Shown here: positions 1 through 10,142 of the stretch, one piece after another
How positions within the stretch are numbered: the stretch's first letter is position 1
Layout of the letters: each line of letters begins with the position of its first letter
Assembly (NCBI RefSeq): GCF_000143415.4
Contig: NW_003314295.1
Location: 62,001-126,000, forward strand
Reading direction: 5' to 3'
Origin: Selaginella moellendorffii
Taxonomy: Eukaryota > Plantae > Lycopodiophyta
DNA: 64,000 nt
Made by a program: the position numbers and the translations under genes
The notes under the pieces: model-generated
What the model saw: only the letters and a program-made list of their open reading frames with translations
What the model was told of the DNA's origin: nothing
Databases searched by the model: none

Positions 1-1736
1 TTTGACTTGCTTACCTTACTCTTTGCTGGACCGCCTAAAGAAGGAATGCCTCTGTGAACAATGTACTCGCTGTCTATTACTCCAACGCTCTTGGACCGGT
101 CTCCCTGCCGTAAACATAGCTGTGAAGCATTGTAGGGAGGAACAGAAGTATACCTTTACACAATAACCAAGCTTGAAGTCCATTCCCCATCCGTGAACCA
201 AGTCGTTCTGAAAACACGTAGGTTAAGAACCTGAAGCTTATATGTATTAGAGACACACAGACCTGGATGAGGTGCCAGACACATTTCCATGCATCTCGTG
301 TAAAAACAGGGGCCATGCCTTCGACCCAGCTGAAAGGAAAAATTCAGGAAGAGAATGAAGAGCTTTTTACATACCCTGTACATGGTGGATCTGTGCTGTT
401 CTCAAAACACAATGTCCCAGTCCCTTTGGGCTTTAAACTCCTCCTACAAAAGCAAAGGAAATATTTGAGCCACCAAAGCATTATATATACGTACCTGTGT
501 ACCCTGTATCTCTTGCTTCGAATTGTTATACGATGGTGGACTTCCGACGCGTTGGGCTCTAGAGCAGGCTGTGAAATTTCTAGACGCTCGTACTTCATAA
601 TGGCCAAATATCTATAGAGCAGAGAAGAGAAAACAAGAAACCAAATAAGTTAGCAGAAGACGTGACTCAGGCGCTCACCTATCAACATGAAAATTTTCGA
701 CACCGAGATCTTCGTCCCAGACAAAAATGTACTCATACGGATCAACAATATCAGGGTGCAAAAAGCGCTTAGCAAACCACCTGTAGGCAGCCCGTCAAAT
801 TGACTCTAGTGCTTTATCGATACGTACCACTTCGTTTGATTTATTGCTACAACATGGATGGCACGACTACTCCAAGGTAACTCGTTCCACTTGTCCACGA
901 CACCGTCATAGTGAAACAGCATGATTGTGAAGTTGTGAGCGAGAAACTGCAAAGTTACACGGGGTCAGGACAACATCAGCAAAACGCAATTGATCAACAA
1001 CAACCTTCTGGACAATTCGGTCCACATAACGCTTCTGCTTTATGCCAGCCGCTACAGCGAGTAGCCCGTTGGGAACCTAAGAAAAGCTTGGCTATTGTTT
1101 GATCTTGGTCAACAACAGCACACACTACCTTCTTCCTGGAAACTCTTCCCAGCGGCTGGACCTCGAAGTTGGATGTTTGCTGGACAATTCCTCTCGGTAG
1201 TAAATCCTTTCCACCGCGCGGCCGATCCTCGCATGTTTCGAACAGTTCGGCCTGCCAAGCCAAGGATCAGAACATCCACAAGAGACACTCTAAAAGAATA
1301 AAAAAACCTGAATTTGAGGCTGTCCTATGACACCGACTCTTCTCCATTTCCAAAAGCTCTGCGAAACAAACAACCATAGCAAAAGAAAACTTGGAGAAAG
1401 AAGAAGAGATAGGAAGAACATACCCTTGGAAATGGATCGACGATAAAGTTGCTGAATATAAAGAGGGTGAACACGAGGAACGATAGCACCAAGAAAATGG
1501 ACTTGGTTCTACACAATCGAAGGCGTGATTTCCCACACTCGTGCTGCATCTTCACGTCGGCCTAGCAACAAAGGCGTCACGTTAGATCGATCGACATTTC
1601 GTGCAGCAAGAAAAGAAGGGGAAAAGAAAGCAGAAAACACTACCAAGTCCTCGAAATCTCTATGCTGCGATGAGTAATTCTTTTCCATCTGAGCCTTGGG
1701 CGTGCTGCGCAGCTTGCCACCGCCGCTCCCTTTCAT
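1..1736 (-). CDS. DUF707 family protein, multi-exon, 3' end runs off the window
   Basis: Spliced exons give KWWFAKRFLHPDIVDPYEYIFVWDEDLGVENF, LEISQPALEP, PPCTGYV, MAPVFTRDAWKCVWHLIQ and VHGWGMDFKLGYC, all DUF707 hallmarks. N-terminal TM segment IFLVLSFLVFTLFIFS. ATG at 1736 (MKGSGGG). Confidence 0.88.
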
Positions 1737-2319
1737 GGATTCCGACCAGCATTCCCTACCGCCGCTGCCACGCCCTTGCTCACGCTGCGATCGCGCACAT
1801 TCCCTTGCTCCACCACTTCAAATTCGAGCTATCCGTTTGCTCGGCATTATCTGCCCTACATTCGCGGCCGCGAATTCCCCCAAGAAATCAGTGAATCCAC
1901 CGATGCGCTGCTCGATCTAGCGCATCCCCACTCCCATTCTAGTACCCTAATCTACGCGCATCGCCGGCTTTGCGACACCAAAAGAAAGGCACTGGAGCTC
2001 TCCCGTCTTAAACGAAAACCATAACGAAAAGAACATAGAGCAAAGCGCCCAGCCTAGAGTTTCCCCAACACCCCGCGGTCGGGCCAAGAAATACCGGAGA
2101 CTTATAAGCCGGGCGGACTGACCACTCTATAACCTCACACACGACGGGACCTTTTTCCTCCGCCGCGATAGAAACGTTTAGCGTTGTCAGCCGACCCGGT
2201 CTAAAAAATACCGTGAAAGTCGCTTTTACCTGACACAGCGGTGGAACACGTGGCGAGCGGCGGAAAACGCTGCTGACGGGATTCGAGCGCGAGACCTGGC
2301 GGGAAAGATTCTAGGGCTT

Positions 2320-3208
2320 ATGGCGATGGCGATTATCATCCGGCTGCTCGGCATTACTTCCGCGCTGGCGATTGTTGCCGTGTGCCAGTTCCCAATCCCC
2401 CGCCGGTACGATGGATTCGCTTTCGGCAGCTATGGCGGCGTCCAGGAGCCGATTCTGGTGGAGGCCTTCTTCGATCCGCTGTGCCCCGATAGCAAGGATT
2501 CGTGGCCGGCGATCAAGCAGGTTGCGGAGGAGTATGGCTCGGAAGTGAAATTTATTGTCCATCCCTTCGCGCTACCGTAAGTGACACTCTTGGACTCTTG
2601 GACGGCAGAGAGATTCTCGTTTGTCTTGTTTCCAAGCATAGGTACCACCAGCAGTCGTTCCTTTCGGTGAGAGCGCTCCACATTGCGAATCATCTCAACG
2701 CGTCTCTCACGTACCCTTTGTTGGACTTGATCTTCGAGCACCAGGTTGGTTCTCTTATATTTATTTATTTTTTGTTCTTGTTCTTGATCTCTTTCGAATG
2801 TTTCGATGGTGACGAATTGATTAGGAAGAGTTTTCCAACGCGAACACTGCTGACAAAACAGCGTCGACGGTGATCGACGAGTTTTCCAGCCTGTTCGCGT
2901 CGCAGTTTGGCAGTGGCAACGAGGCGAAGAGCATTTTCAAGCAGGGATTCTATGACTCCTCCACTGATCAGGCGGGGCGCATCTCTTTCAAGGTAGACAA
3001 GAAGCTTTGATTGTCATGGCAAGAAAACTAAAGTCTTCGCGTACCTTGCACGCAGTATGGATGCTCGAGAGGCGTGACAGGCACACCGGTGTTTTTCGTC
3101 AATGGTGTCCCTCTCAGCAATGTAGATGCGAGCTGGGGAATCGACGAGTGGGCCAACATTCTCGATCCGCTGCTAGCAACTGGGCCTGGAATGAACGCAT
3201 TTGGATGA
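2320..3208 (+). CDS. Secreted DsbA-like thioredoxin-fold protein (CPDS motif), 4 exons
   Basis: Signal peptide, then PRRYDGF, VEAFFDPLCPDS, HPFALPYH and KYGCSRGVTGTPVFFVNG. GT-AG introns. TGA at 3206-3208. Confidence 0.88.
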
Positions 3209-3239
3209 ACTAGCACGGTAAGATGTATTGAAGACTACC

Positions 3240-4243
3240 TTAGAAGATTGGCATATGGACTTCTCTATACTTTCCATCGGTCGAGCATATGGTTCCAGCC
3301 TTCTCAAGCTCGTATAGAAGATCCACAAGCTGCTTTTGATCGCAATCCGAGAAGAAGGCAGCAATCTCCAGAAGCGATGCCTGTAAAGAACGCTTGCTTA
3401 TAGCCACGAATGTAAATCATTCTCGTTACCCCGTCTCTATCTCGAAGAAGATCCACGAGGCCTTGATCCAGTAACACCACCTTGCCTTGCGAAACTCTGA
3501 AGAACTCTTTCTTGATCTTCCGCGACTTTTGGAGCTCGGCCGACACAGCACGGAGTGTTTCGAGCTCGTTGGCGGAGTAGCCAGTCTCCGCAGCTGCCAC
3601 CGCTCTTATATCGTCAAACGAGAAGCCGCGATCGAGCATAGTACTGCATAGCTGGAGCTGTTCTCTCGTCACCTGGAGAGAAAAAACTTGTGAGCGGCGG
3701 CACATCAAGAGCAAGAGATCTACCTTGGAGCAGGAACTTGAGATCTTATCGAGATAGGCGCCTGTTCTAATCTGGCGAGTCCTTGGCAAATACTTGGACA
3801 CCTCGTTTGCGGCACTGAGATTGAGATTGACTTCTTTGCACAGCGCTATCCAGTCTACTGGCTTTCCACCATCAATCGCTGCCACAAGGTGGTCCACAAC
3901 AATCCCTCTGGGAGACTTGATTTTCTCCTGCGAGAAGGAAAACGAACAGCAGTCCTTTCTTGCCACGCAAAAATCTCTACTCACAGCGATAGCATCCAGC
4001 GAGAGGCCACCGAATTGCCAGAATTTCCAGACTTCCTCTGAGCTAACGGTGATCGCCTGTTAGCCGCATTATCAAATCCCTTCAAGAAATCCTTCCTACA
4101 CCCACCTGTTGAGAGCTTCTTCGTGCCAAAGCGACGTTTACACTGCGAGCGCAAGTGCTGCTAATGCTTACTCCGGAGAATCTCCCCGCGCCGGGCGGCC
4201 ATGCCATTCTCCTGGCAATCATCGTCGCGGCAGCTCGGATCAT
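3240..4243 (-). CDS. Stand-alone HTH_40 plus C-terminal winged-helix protein resembling the tail of plant WRN-like RecQ helicases; possible organellar presequence
   Basis: Spliced model: MIRAAATMIARRMAWPPGAGRFSG|AITVSSEEVWKFWQFGGLSLDAIA|EKIKSPRGIVVDHLVAAIDGGKPVDWIALCKEV...|...LVDLLRDRDG|ASLLEIAAFFSDCDQKQLVDLLYELEKAGTICSTDGKYREVHMPIF*. Last intron 3429-3381 (49 nt). Domain identity is from remembered family patterns. Confidence 0.6.
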
Positions 4244-4505
4244 CCCCCACCCCAAAACCCTAGCTCACAGTTTTTCAAATATCAATCTTCTAGATCAACG
4301 GCGGAATGTTCACTGAAATCGACGGCTGAGATTGCTCCCTGGTAAACCTAACAGAATTTTCTGCTGGCATTCCTTCTTGCTATGGCGGCGGGCGGCGGGC
4401 CTCGGGCCGGGAGGGCAAGAGAGCAGCTGTAGAAGAATTTAGGGCAGGGAGGTCCCATGAGAGGGCGCCGCGAGAATGCGTGAAACATGGTTCTAGGGCT
4501 GAAGA

Positions 4506-5583
4506 ATGCCGCCGAAGAAGAAAGGGAAGAAGGGCAAGAAGGGAAAGAAGAAGAAGAAGGAGCCCAAGCACGACGCTGGCTGGCAAAAGGTATGGAAGCG
4601 ATCTCCTTCCCTGGTAGAATCTCAGCTTTTGTTGCTTCGCCCAGGCTTTGATCAATGGAAAATGGGAGAGGCCTTTGGAAGCTCTTCCTGACCCTTTCCT
4701 CTGGCCGAGCTTTGGCGAGATCCGAGAGAAAATCCTCTTGAGTAGCCATCTGGTAAGAGCGAAAACATCGGTGCTTGATCGGTCCAATCCAACTTCATCC
4801 CGCAGATAAGCATTTTGTGGAGCGGATCTATTCACGACGATTTCATCCTAGAGCTTCTCAAAGTTCCTCGGCCAAACCTGGTGAGCATTCTCCTTGTGAT
4901 CTTTGTCTTGTAGATTGTGCTCAAAGCTAAGAGAATCGTTTTTTCACCAGCCAGACTACGCTTGAACTGAGGGGCACCAAATACTTAACAAGATTTGTCA
5001 TGTCCCCTCCATCAGTGTGCCCGGTGCTGGAAACTCTCGACCTCGCTTGTTGTCCCATCCTAGAGTACGTGCTCATCGAGGTAATGAAAGTCTTCTATCA
5101 TTTATAGCTTTGGATCGATCAAACCTTCCGATCTCTTGGCAGTCGACGAGCCTGGAATTCGTGTCCTTCAAACGCTGCGTTTCTCTCAAAAAAGTCCTCT
5201 TGAACGCCAAGAAGCTCAAGCGAATCGATCTCCACGAGACCGGTCAGCTGGACTGCTTGATGTTATGGAGTGATGCCATCGAAGAGCTTCACTTCTTCTG
5301 CAAGGAGATGACCCAGCTCGAGCTCTACTGTCCAAAGCTCACAAGAGTGCAAAGACCATCAATCAAGGTACTCGGTGGATGTTTCTTGTTCTTCATCTCT
5401 TTTCTCTTTTGTTCTTTGTTTTTTCAGGTAATACCACCCTTGTATCCTGTTCATCCGTCAGTTCTAGACATAGTTCGGGTTGACAACGCTCCCAGAGCGA
5501 AGGAGTACAGCCATCCTTTTGTGATAGAGGAGTACAAACCTTACGCGAGGAGCCCTTTCATACCTCAGGCGATTTTGCTGTGA
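4506..5583 (+). CDS. Leucine-rich-repeat protein with Lys/Gly-rich N-terminus (MPPKKKGKKGKK), about 6 exons
   Basis: GT-AG exons give TTLELRGTKYL, VCPVLETLDLACCPILEYV, TSLEFVSFKRCVSLKKV and LELYCPKL (Cys-containing LRR pattern). Stop at 5581-5583. Confidence 0.7.
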
Positions 5584-6639
5584 GGCTTCTTTTTTTTTTT
5601 TTTGTTCTTTCTTCCTACTTCGTGTTGCTGTGGATAGAAAAAAACCACTCTTGTTCATGCTTTGCTGTTTCCATTTTCCATTTCATGCTATAGATGCCCG
5701 CACTGGGATCTTAGCCTCTTCATACCAATCCATCACTTCATCAAGGCTACCATCAGCTATCAGCAGCAGCAATCATACAGCATTCAGACGAGCCGATCAC
5801 AAGAACTAGCTGAGATCCTCTTCCGTCGCAATGAACCAGCATCTTTGGAGTACCTTCCATCAACCGGCGACTTCCAGATAACAGGCAACATCCCTCTTCA
5901 TCAGCTCCAAACAATCAATAGCCGTCAGCAGAAGCTAAAACATCAACTTTGAGGCCATAATCATCGACACCAGTCACTCATCCATCATGGCTATCCATCA
6001 CCATCTTCTTTGCCGCTTCCATCCGTCCATTCCCTCACCATCTCCACATTGCCGCGGTTACCATTACCCGGCAACACATCCTCATCCATTTCACTTCCTG
6101 TGTGGTGTGCTAGACTTCCACTGGACGGGACGGGGGACCGATTGTGTGCAAGAGCCACAGGATGGGCACCAGATCAAGAAGATGGGCCGAGCACTCTTTC
6201 TCCACACCCTTCTTGGTTAAGTGTTTCAACAGCAATAACCATTACAACTCTTTTATGGTTCACCTGGAAAGCTAAGTGGTACCGGTTTACATTTCAAGGT
6301 CCAAAAGTTTCACAGCTGCTACAAAGCTATAGTCCTTGCTTGATTGTCTTAAAATATCGTAAAAAAAATTGAATGACGCAGGATAACAGTCCTGGTGCTG
6401 TGATCAGGAGTATCTATCAAGCGTCTCCACGGGCCATGCCTCGTTCATCCACAACTCCAGTAAGAAATTCTTGATTTTTAGTAATAAAATCTTGTCCTGA
6501 ATCATCACATACATCAAACGACAAGGACAGATTAGAATATTTTAGAATATTCTACATTTATCCATTTAGATTAATTTTGTGTATCTTGGGTAAGCAAGGT
6601 CGGGAAGCTTTAACTCTTTCCTGGAAGACGTTCTGTGGC

Positions 6640-7130
6640 ACAATCACTTCCTCTCGCGACAAGCCTTATGTGACAAACCTGCATGGTCGCGAAGCCAAAA
6701 GTGGAAGTTTTCAGGGTGTGGTGATCCTTGCAATAGTTGCCTCAAAACGATTGCTCGTGGCTGAAGCAGAGAAAGAAAAGAGGTAAAAAGAAAAAACACC
6801 AAATACTCATGTCCAGCTCCATGTGTCTATTGCGCTCTTGGGAACGCAAATGGTAACTAAGCCGTTCGAGAGAGACGCTCTCACCTGCTTCATGTCAGCA
6901 CTGGAGGGAAGCTTAAACTTTGTTTGTTGGAAGTTGGCGGTGGTCTTAAAGTTCCCGGCCCTGTATTGTCCACATTCACTTCCTCTCGTGACAAGCCTGA
7001 TATTGAGAAAACGTGAAAGTTTTCAGGGACATACCTGGAACTTCTGACACAAAGAATGTGGTGATGCTTGTCATCTACAATAGTTGCCTTGGGACATTTG
7101 CTCGTGGCTGCAGCAGAAAAGGAAAGGAAA
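6640..7130. repeat. Diverged direct duplication of about 150 bp (6640-6790 vs 6972-7130), probably decayed gene fragments
   Basis: Shared blocks: tcacttcctctcg(c/t)gacaagcct, aagttttcaggg, tgtggtgat(c/g)cttg, caatagttgcct, ttgctcgtggctg(a/c)agcaga. Confidence 0.65.
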
Positions 7131-7184
7131 TTAGCTCGTGAGTGCTGGGAACAGTAATGCAGTATCATCCTCTTGGGCATCACG

Positions 7185-8560
7185 GGAGGAGCTATATATT
7201 AACTATATATATATTTTTTTTTTATATTATCTCGTGGAGGAGCTAGATATTAACTTTTAGTAGAAATAATTTTTAGTAAAACTAATATAGCCATTTAATA
7301 AAACTATAAGTTGAAATAGCATTACTATCATAAATTAGTAGTGAATTTGTTTAATGCTCAGTCTCATTGCTATCCCATCATTCGTAAGACCACAACAATC
7401 AATATGTATTTAAGTAAGGATTCTTGATCACATGACGTGAACAATTAGATTATAATTCATTATAAATCATCTATTGGAGATACTCTTGGTCCCTCTAGTC
7501 TTCAGTCTTCAGAATCTTGAGGATAGTTTGCTAAAGCTTGAGCAAATTCCTCGTAGCATTATGCAATTGTTTTTTTTGTTGATGTTTTTTTCACAAAATC
7601 AAATTTTTATATCACAAGAAAGAAAAATATTTTTGATACATTATTTAGCACAAAAGACATCTAAATAAAGAAAAGCCTTTAGCAAAAGGGGTCTTAGATC
7701 ATTAAAACTTTTTCTTCTTTTAGAAAATATACTAAAAAGGATATTAAAGAGAATTTAGCTAAATGGAAAGTAATGTTGAAGAACGAAATTAAAATGTTTT
7801 TTATGTTAACTCTTTGAGATTATATAGAAGATATATTATACTACATTTGAAAAAAAAATAGTAACATTACTATACACTAAATATAAATTAAAGATGTTTA
7901 AACTTCCATGTATTTTTTTCTACCATCACTTGTATATTTTTGTCAATTATCCCAACAAGGCTTGTGGTCTTTAACTTTTTATATATGCATTTTCTTTTGT
8001 GAATTTTTGAGTGTTACAAATTTTTCTTTTTCAAGATTCCTAGTAGATTATAATCATGTTTTTTTAATTCCATTTTCTTAATTATAGAAACTTTTTTCAA
8101 GAGTGTGTAAAAAATCCTTATAAAAATAATATCATAACCTAAAATATATTTATATTAAAATATAATTATTACATATTGAATCCCTTTCCTTATTTGTTTT
8201 AATTTGGTTATGTGATGTCAATGACTTATTCAATTAGCTAAAATACAAAAAACAAAAGTGTGAAATATTTGTTATCACAAAAGTAAGTGTAGCAAAGGTC
8301 TATTATTTATTTATAGCAAATAAAATATTTTTAAAAATTTTATATTAAAAATCACTAATATTTTAATCCTTTATATAATTTTAAAATAGATATTTAAGTA
8401 GTGAAGTTTATAATGTGAAATGTGTTTATATATAAGCTTATAACACAATTTAAAAATATTTTTAGGCATTTTATAAATAATTTTAATATTATCATTTATC
8501 ATCATTAACTCTCCATTTAAAATTTTGCTATTTTATAATTATTAATAAATGATTTTATTC
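7185..8560. mobile_element. Very AT-rich non-coding block, likely transposon relic
   Basis: Sharp drop in GC content. Duplicated ggaggagcta(t/g)atattaact at its left edge. No credible ORF and no identifiable termini. Confidence 0.35.
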
Positions 8561-8614
8561 CTGTTTGTTTCCTTTAAATATTCTAGGTTTTCTTTTGGGT
8601 TGTGTGCAAGGAAA

Positions 8615-9484
8615 ATGGCTGTGGGCTTTCAAAACCAAGGGAATTCTTGTTCAGCCAACAGTGCTTTACAGTGCGTTGCTCACACGCCGGAGCTCTCTAG
8701 CTTCTTCTTGAAATCAGACAGCGTAAGAGGTGAGATAGCAATCGAGTTTAGGAAAGTGGTGAGGGTGATTTGGAATAACGCAAGCAAGTCTGTAAAACCA
8801 GGGCCAAAGCTGACAAATCCGAGCGTCCAGCCCGACGCACAGGAGTATCTCGATTTTCTTTTGGGTGCCCTGGATCAAGAATTCAAGAAGCAAGAGAATC
8901 CTCCTAAAGGACAAAAGGTGCGACCAGAGCTCCCCTCTCCAGTCGCAGATTTCTTCGAGGGCCAAACCAAATCCACAGTGAAATGCCCGAAGTGCTCCAA
9001 CATGGTCTCCTCCACGCCTGACTCTTTCACCTCTCTCTCGCTGCCAGTCCATGAGACGGCGCAGCCGGTTTCTCTGGAATCATGCATCCGGGAGTACACC
9101 AAAGACGATGTTTTGGATTCCTGGCACTGCCCAAAGTGCAAGAGAAACCAAAAGGACGCTGTCAAGAAACTGGAGCTTGGGAAGCTCCCACGGAATTTGA
9201 TCCTCCATTTGGCAAGGTTTAAGTGCGATTCTTCGGGGAGTGTGGAGAAGATCGACACCACGGTGGAGTTTCCACAGATTTTGACACTTTGGGAACAGGA
9301 GTACAAACTGTATGGATTGATTAACCATATGGGGGACTCCGACTATGGGCACTACACGGCGACCATCAAACTTCCAAATGGAAAGTGGTACAGCTTTGAC
9401 GATGAGGTGGTGGAAGAGATTTTTGAGCTATCGAGGTGCTCGAGCGATGCATACATTTTGTTCTATCACAAAACAAGTGTGTGA
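8615..9484 (+). CDS. Intronless ubiquitin-specific protease (peptidase C19), catalytic domain only, 289 aa
   Basis: Cys box GFQNQGNSCSANSALQC, QPDAQEYL, two CPKC zinc knuckles, LPRNLILHLARF, His box YKLYGLINHMG...GHYTA, WYSFDD and AYILFY. Confidence 0.9.
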   Translation: MAVGFQNQGNSCSANSALQCVAHTPELSSFFLKSDSVRGEIAIEFRKVVRVIWNNASKSVKPGPKLTNPSVQPDAQEYLDFLLGALDQEFKKQENPPKGQKVRPELPSPVADFFEGQTKSTVKCPKCSNMVSSTPDSFTSLSLPVHETAQPVSLESCIREYTKDDVLDSWHCPKCKRNQKDAVKKLELGKLPRNLILHLARFKCDSSGSVEKIDTTVEFPQILTLWEQEYKLYGLINHMGDSDYGHYTATIKLPNGKWYSFDDEVVEEIFELSRCSSDAYILFYHKTSV

Positions 9485-9500
9485 GAATTACAGTACATAT

Positions 9501-10142
9501 TTACACGATATCTTGGCTTGCGTCTTCTTGTCGCGCTGCTCTTGTTCTACAGCTCCAACATTCCAGGAGGAGAGCATTCACGATCATGGACAATCCGAAT
9601 CCCGCAAAACCGGCCAGCGAAATCGACAAGATTGGGTTCAACTTCATCTGGATCATGGATTGAAATAAGAGCTAAAAAAGTTTTAAGAGAGTGATCTTAC
9701 CCAACTGTAGAAAACATGCGCAAATAGTATGACAAAACCGACCTGAAAGATGGCAAAGAGCCACATACAACGCCGCCTCACTGTGCGTCGAAAGAATCTA
9801 TTCTTACAAACAGGAGCTCGAGAGAAAGAGAGAGAAACGAAATCTTACCAAGCGTTGATGCTGTGATGGCAGTGAGCATTCCAAACATGAAGAGCTAGCA
9901 TCAATGCTCGAGGGCCCTTTCGTCTCACCTGTAGTAGGCAACAAAGAAATCCATCCAAGAACTTCGCAAATCAATCGAAATCATCAGAGAATTATCACCA
10001 GTAGCTGCTCGAGGAGGCAAAAGTACGTGAGCATGCTGATCATGACGAGCACGGGAACGTCATGCCAAATCCTGGAAGAACACCATGGAATCTACAAAAC
10101 TATAGAGTGAGATAGACGAATCTACCTGTTGAGAGCACTCAT
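9501..10142 (-). pseudogene. Disabled 3' transmembrane exons of a RING-CH (MARCH-type) E3 ligase
   Basis: Exons RIWHDVPVLVMISMLTYFCLLEQLL, VRRRCMWLFAIFQVGFVILFAHVFYSW and MKLNPILSISLAGFAGFGLSMIVNALLLE lie after an in-frame TAA (10145-10143). The 80-nt exon at ~9849-9928 ends in the wrong phase, implying a deletion of about 11 nt near 9889. Confidence 0.75.

Noticed and set aside
9585-9610. Suspected extra frameshift in the last RING-CH exon
   Set aside because: Re-reading shows GGA TTC GGA TTG TCC ATG in frame, so this exon is intact.
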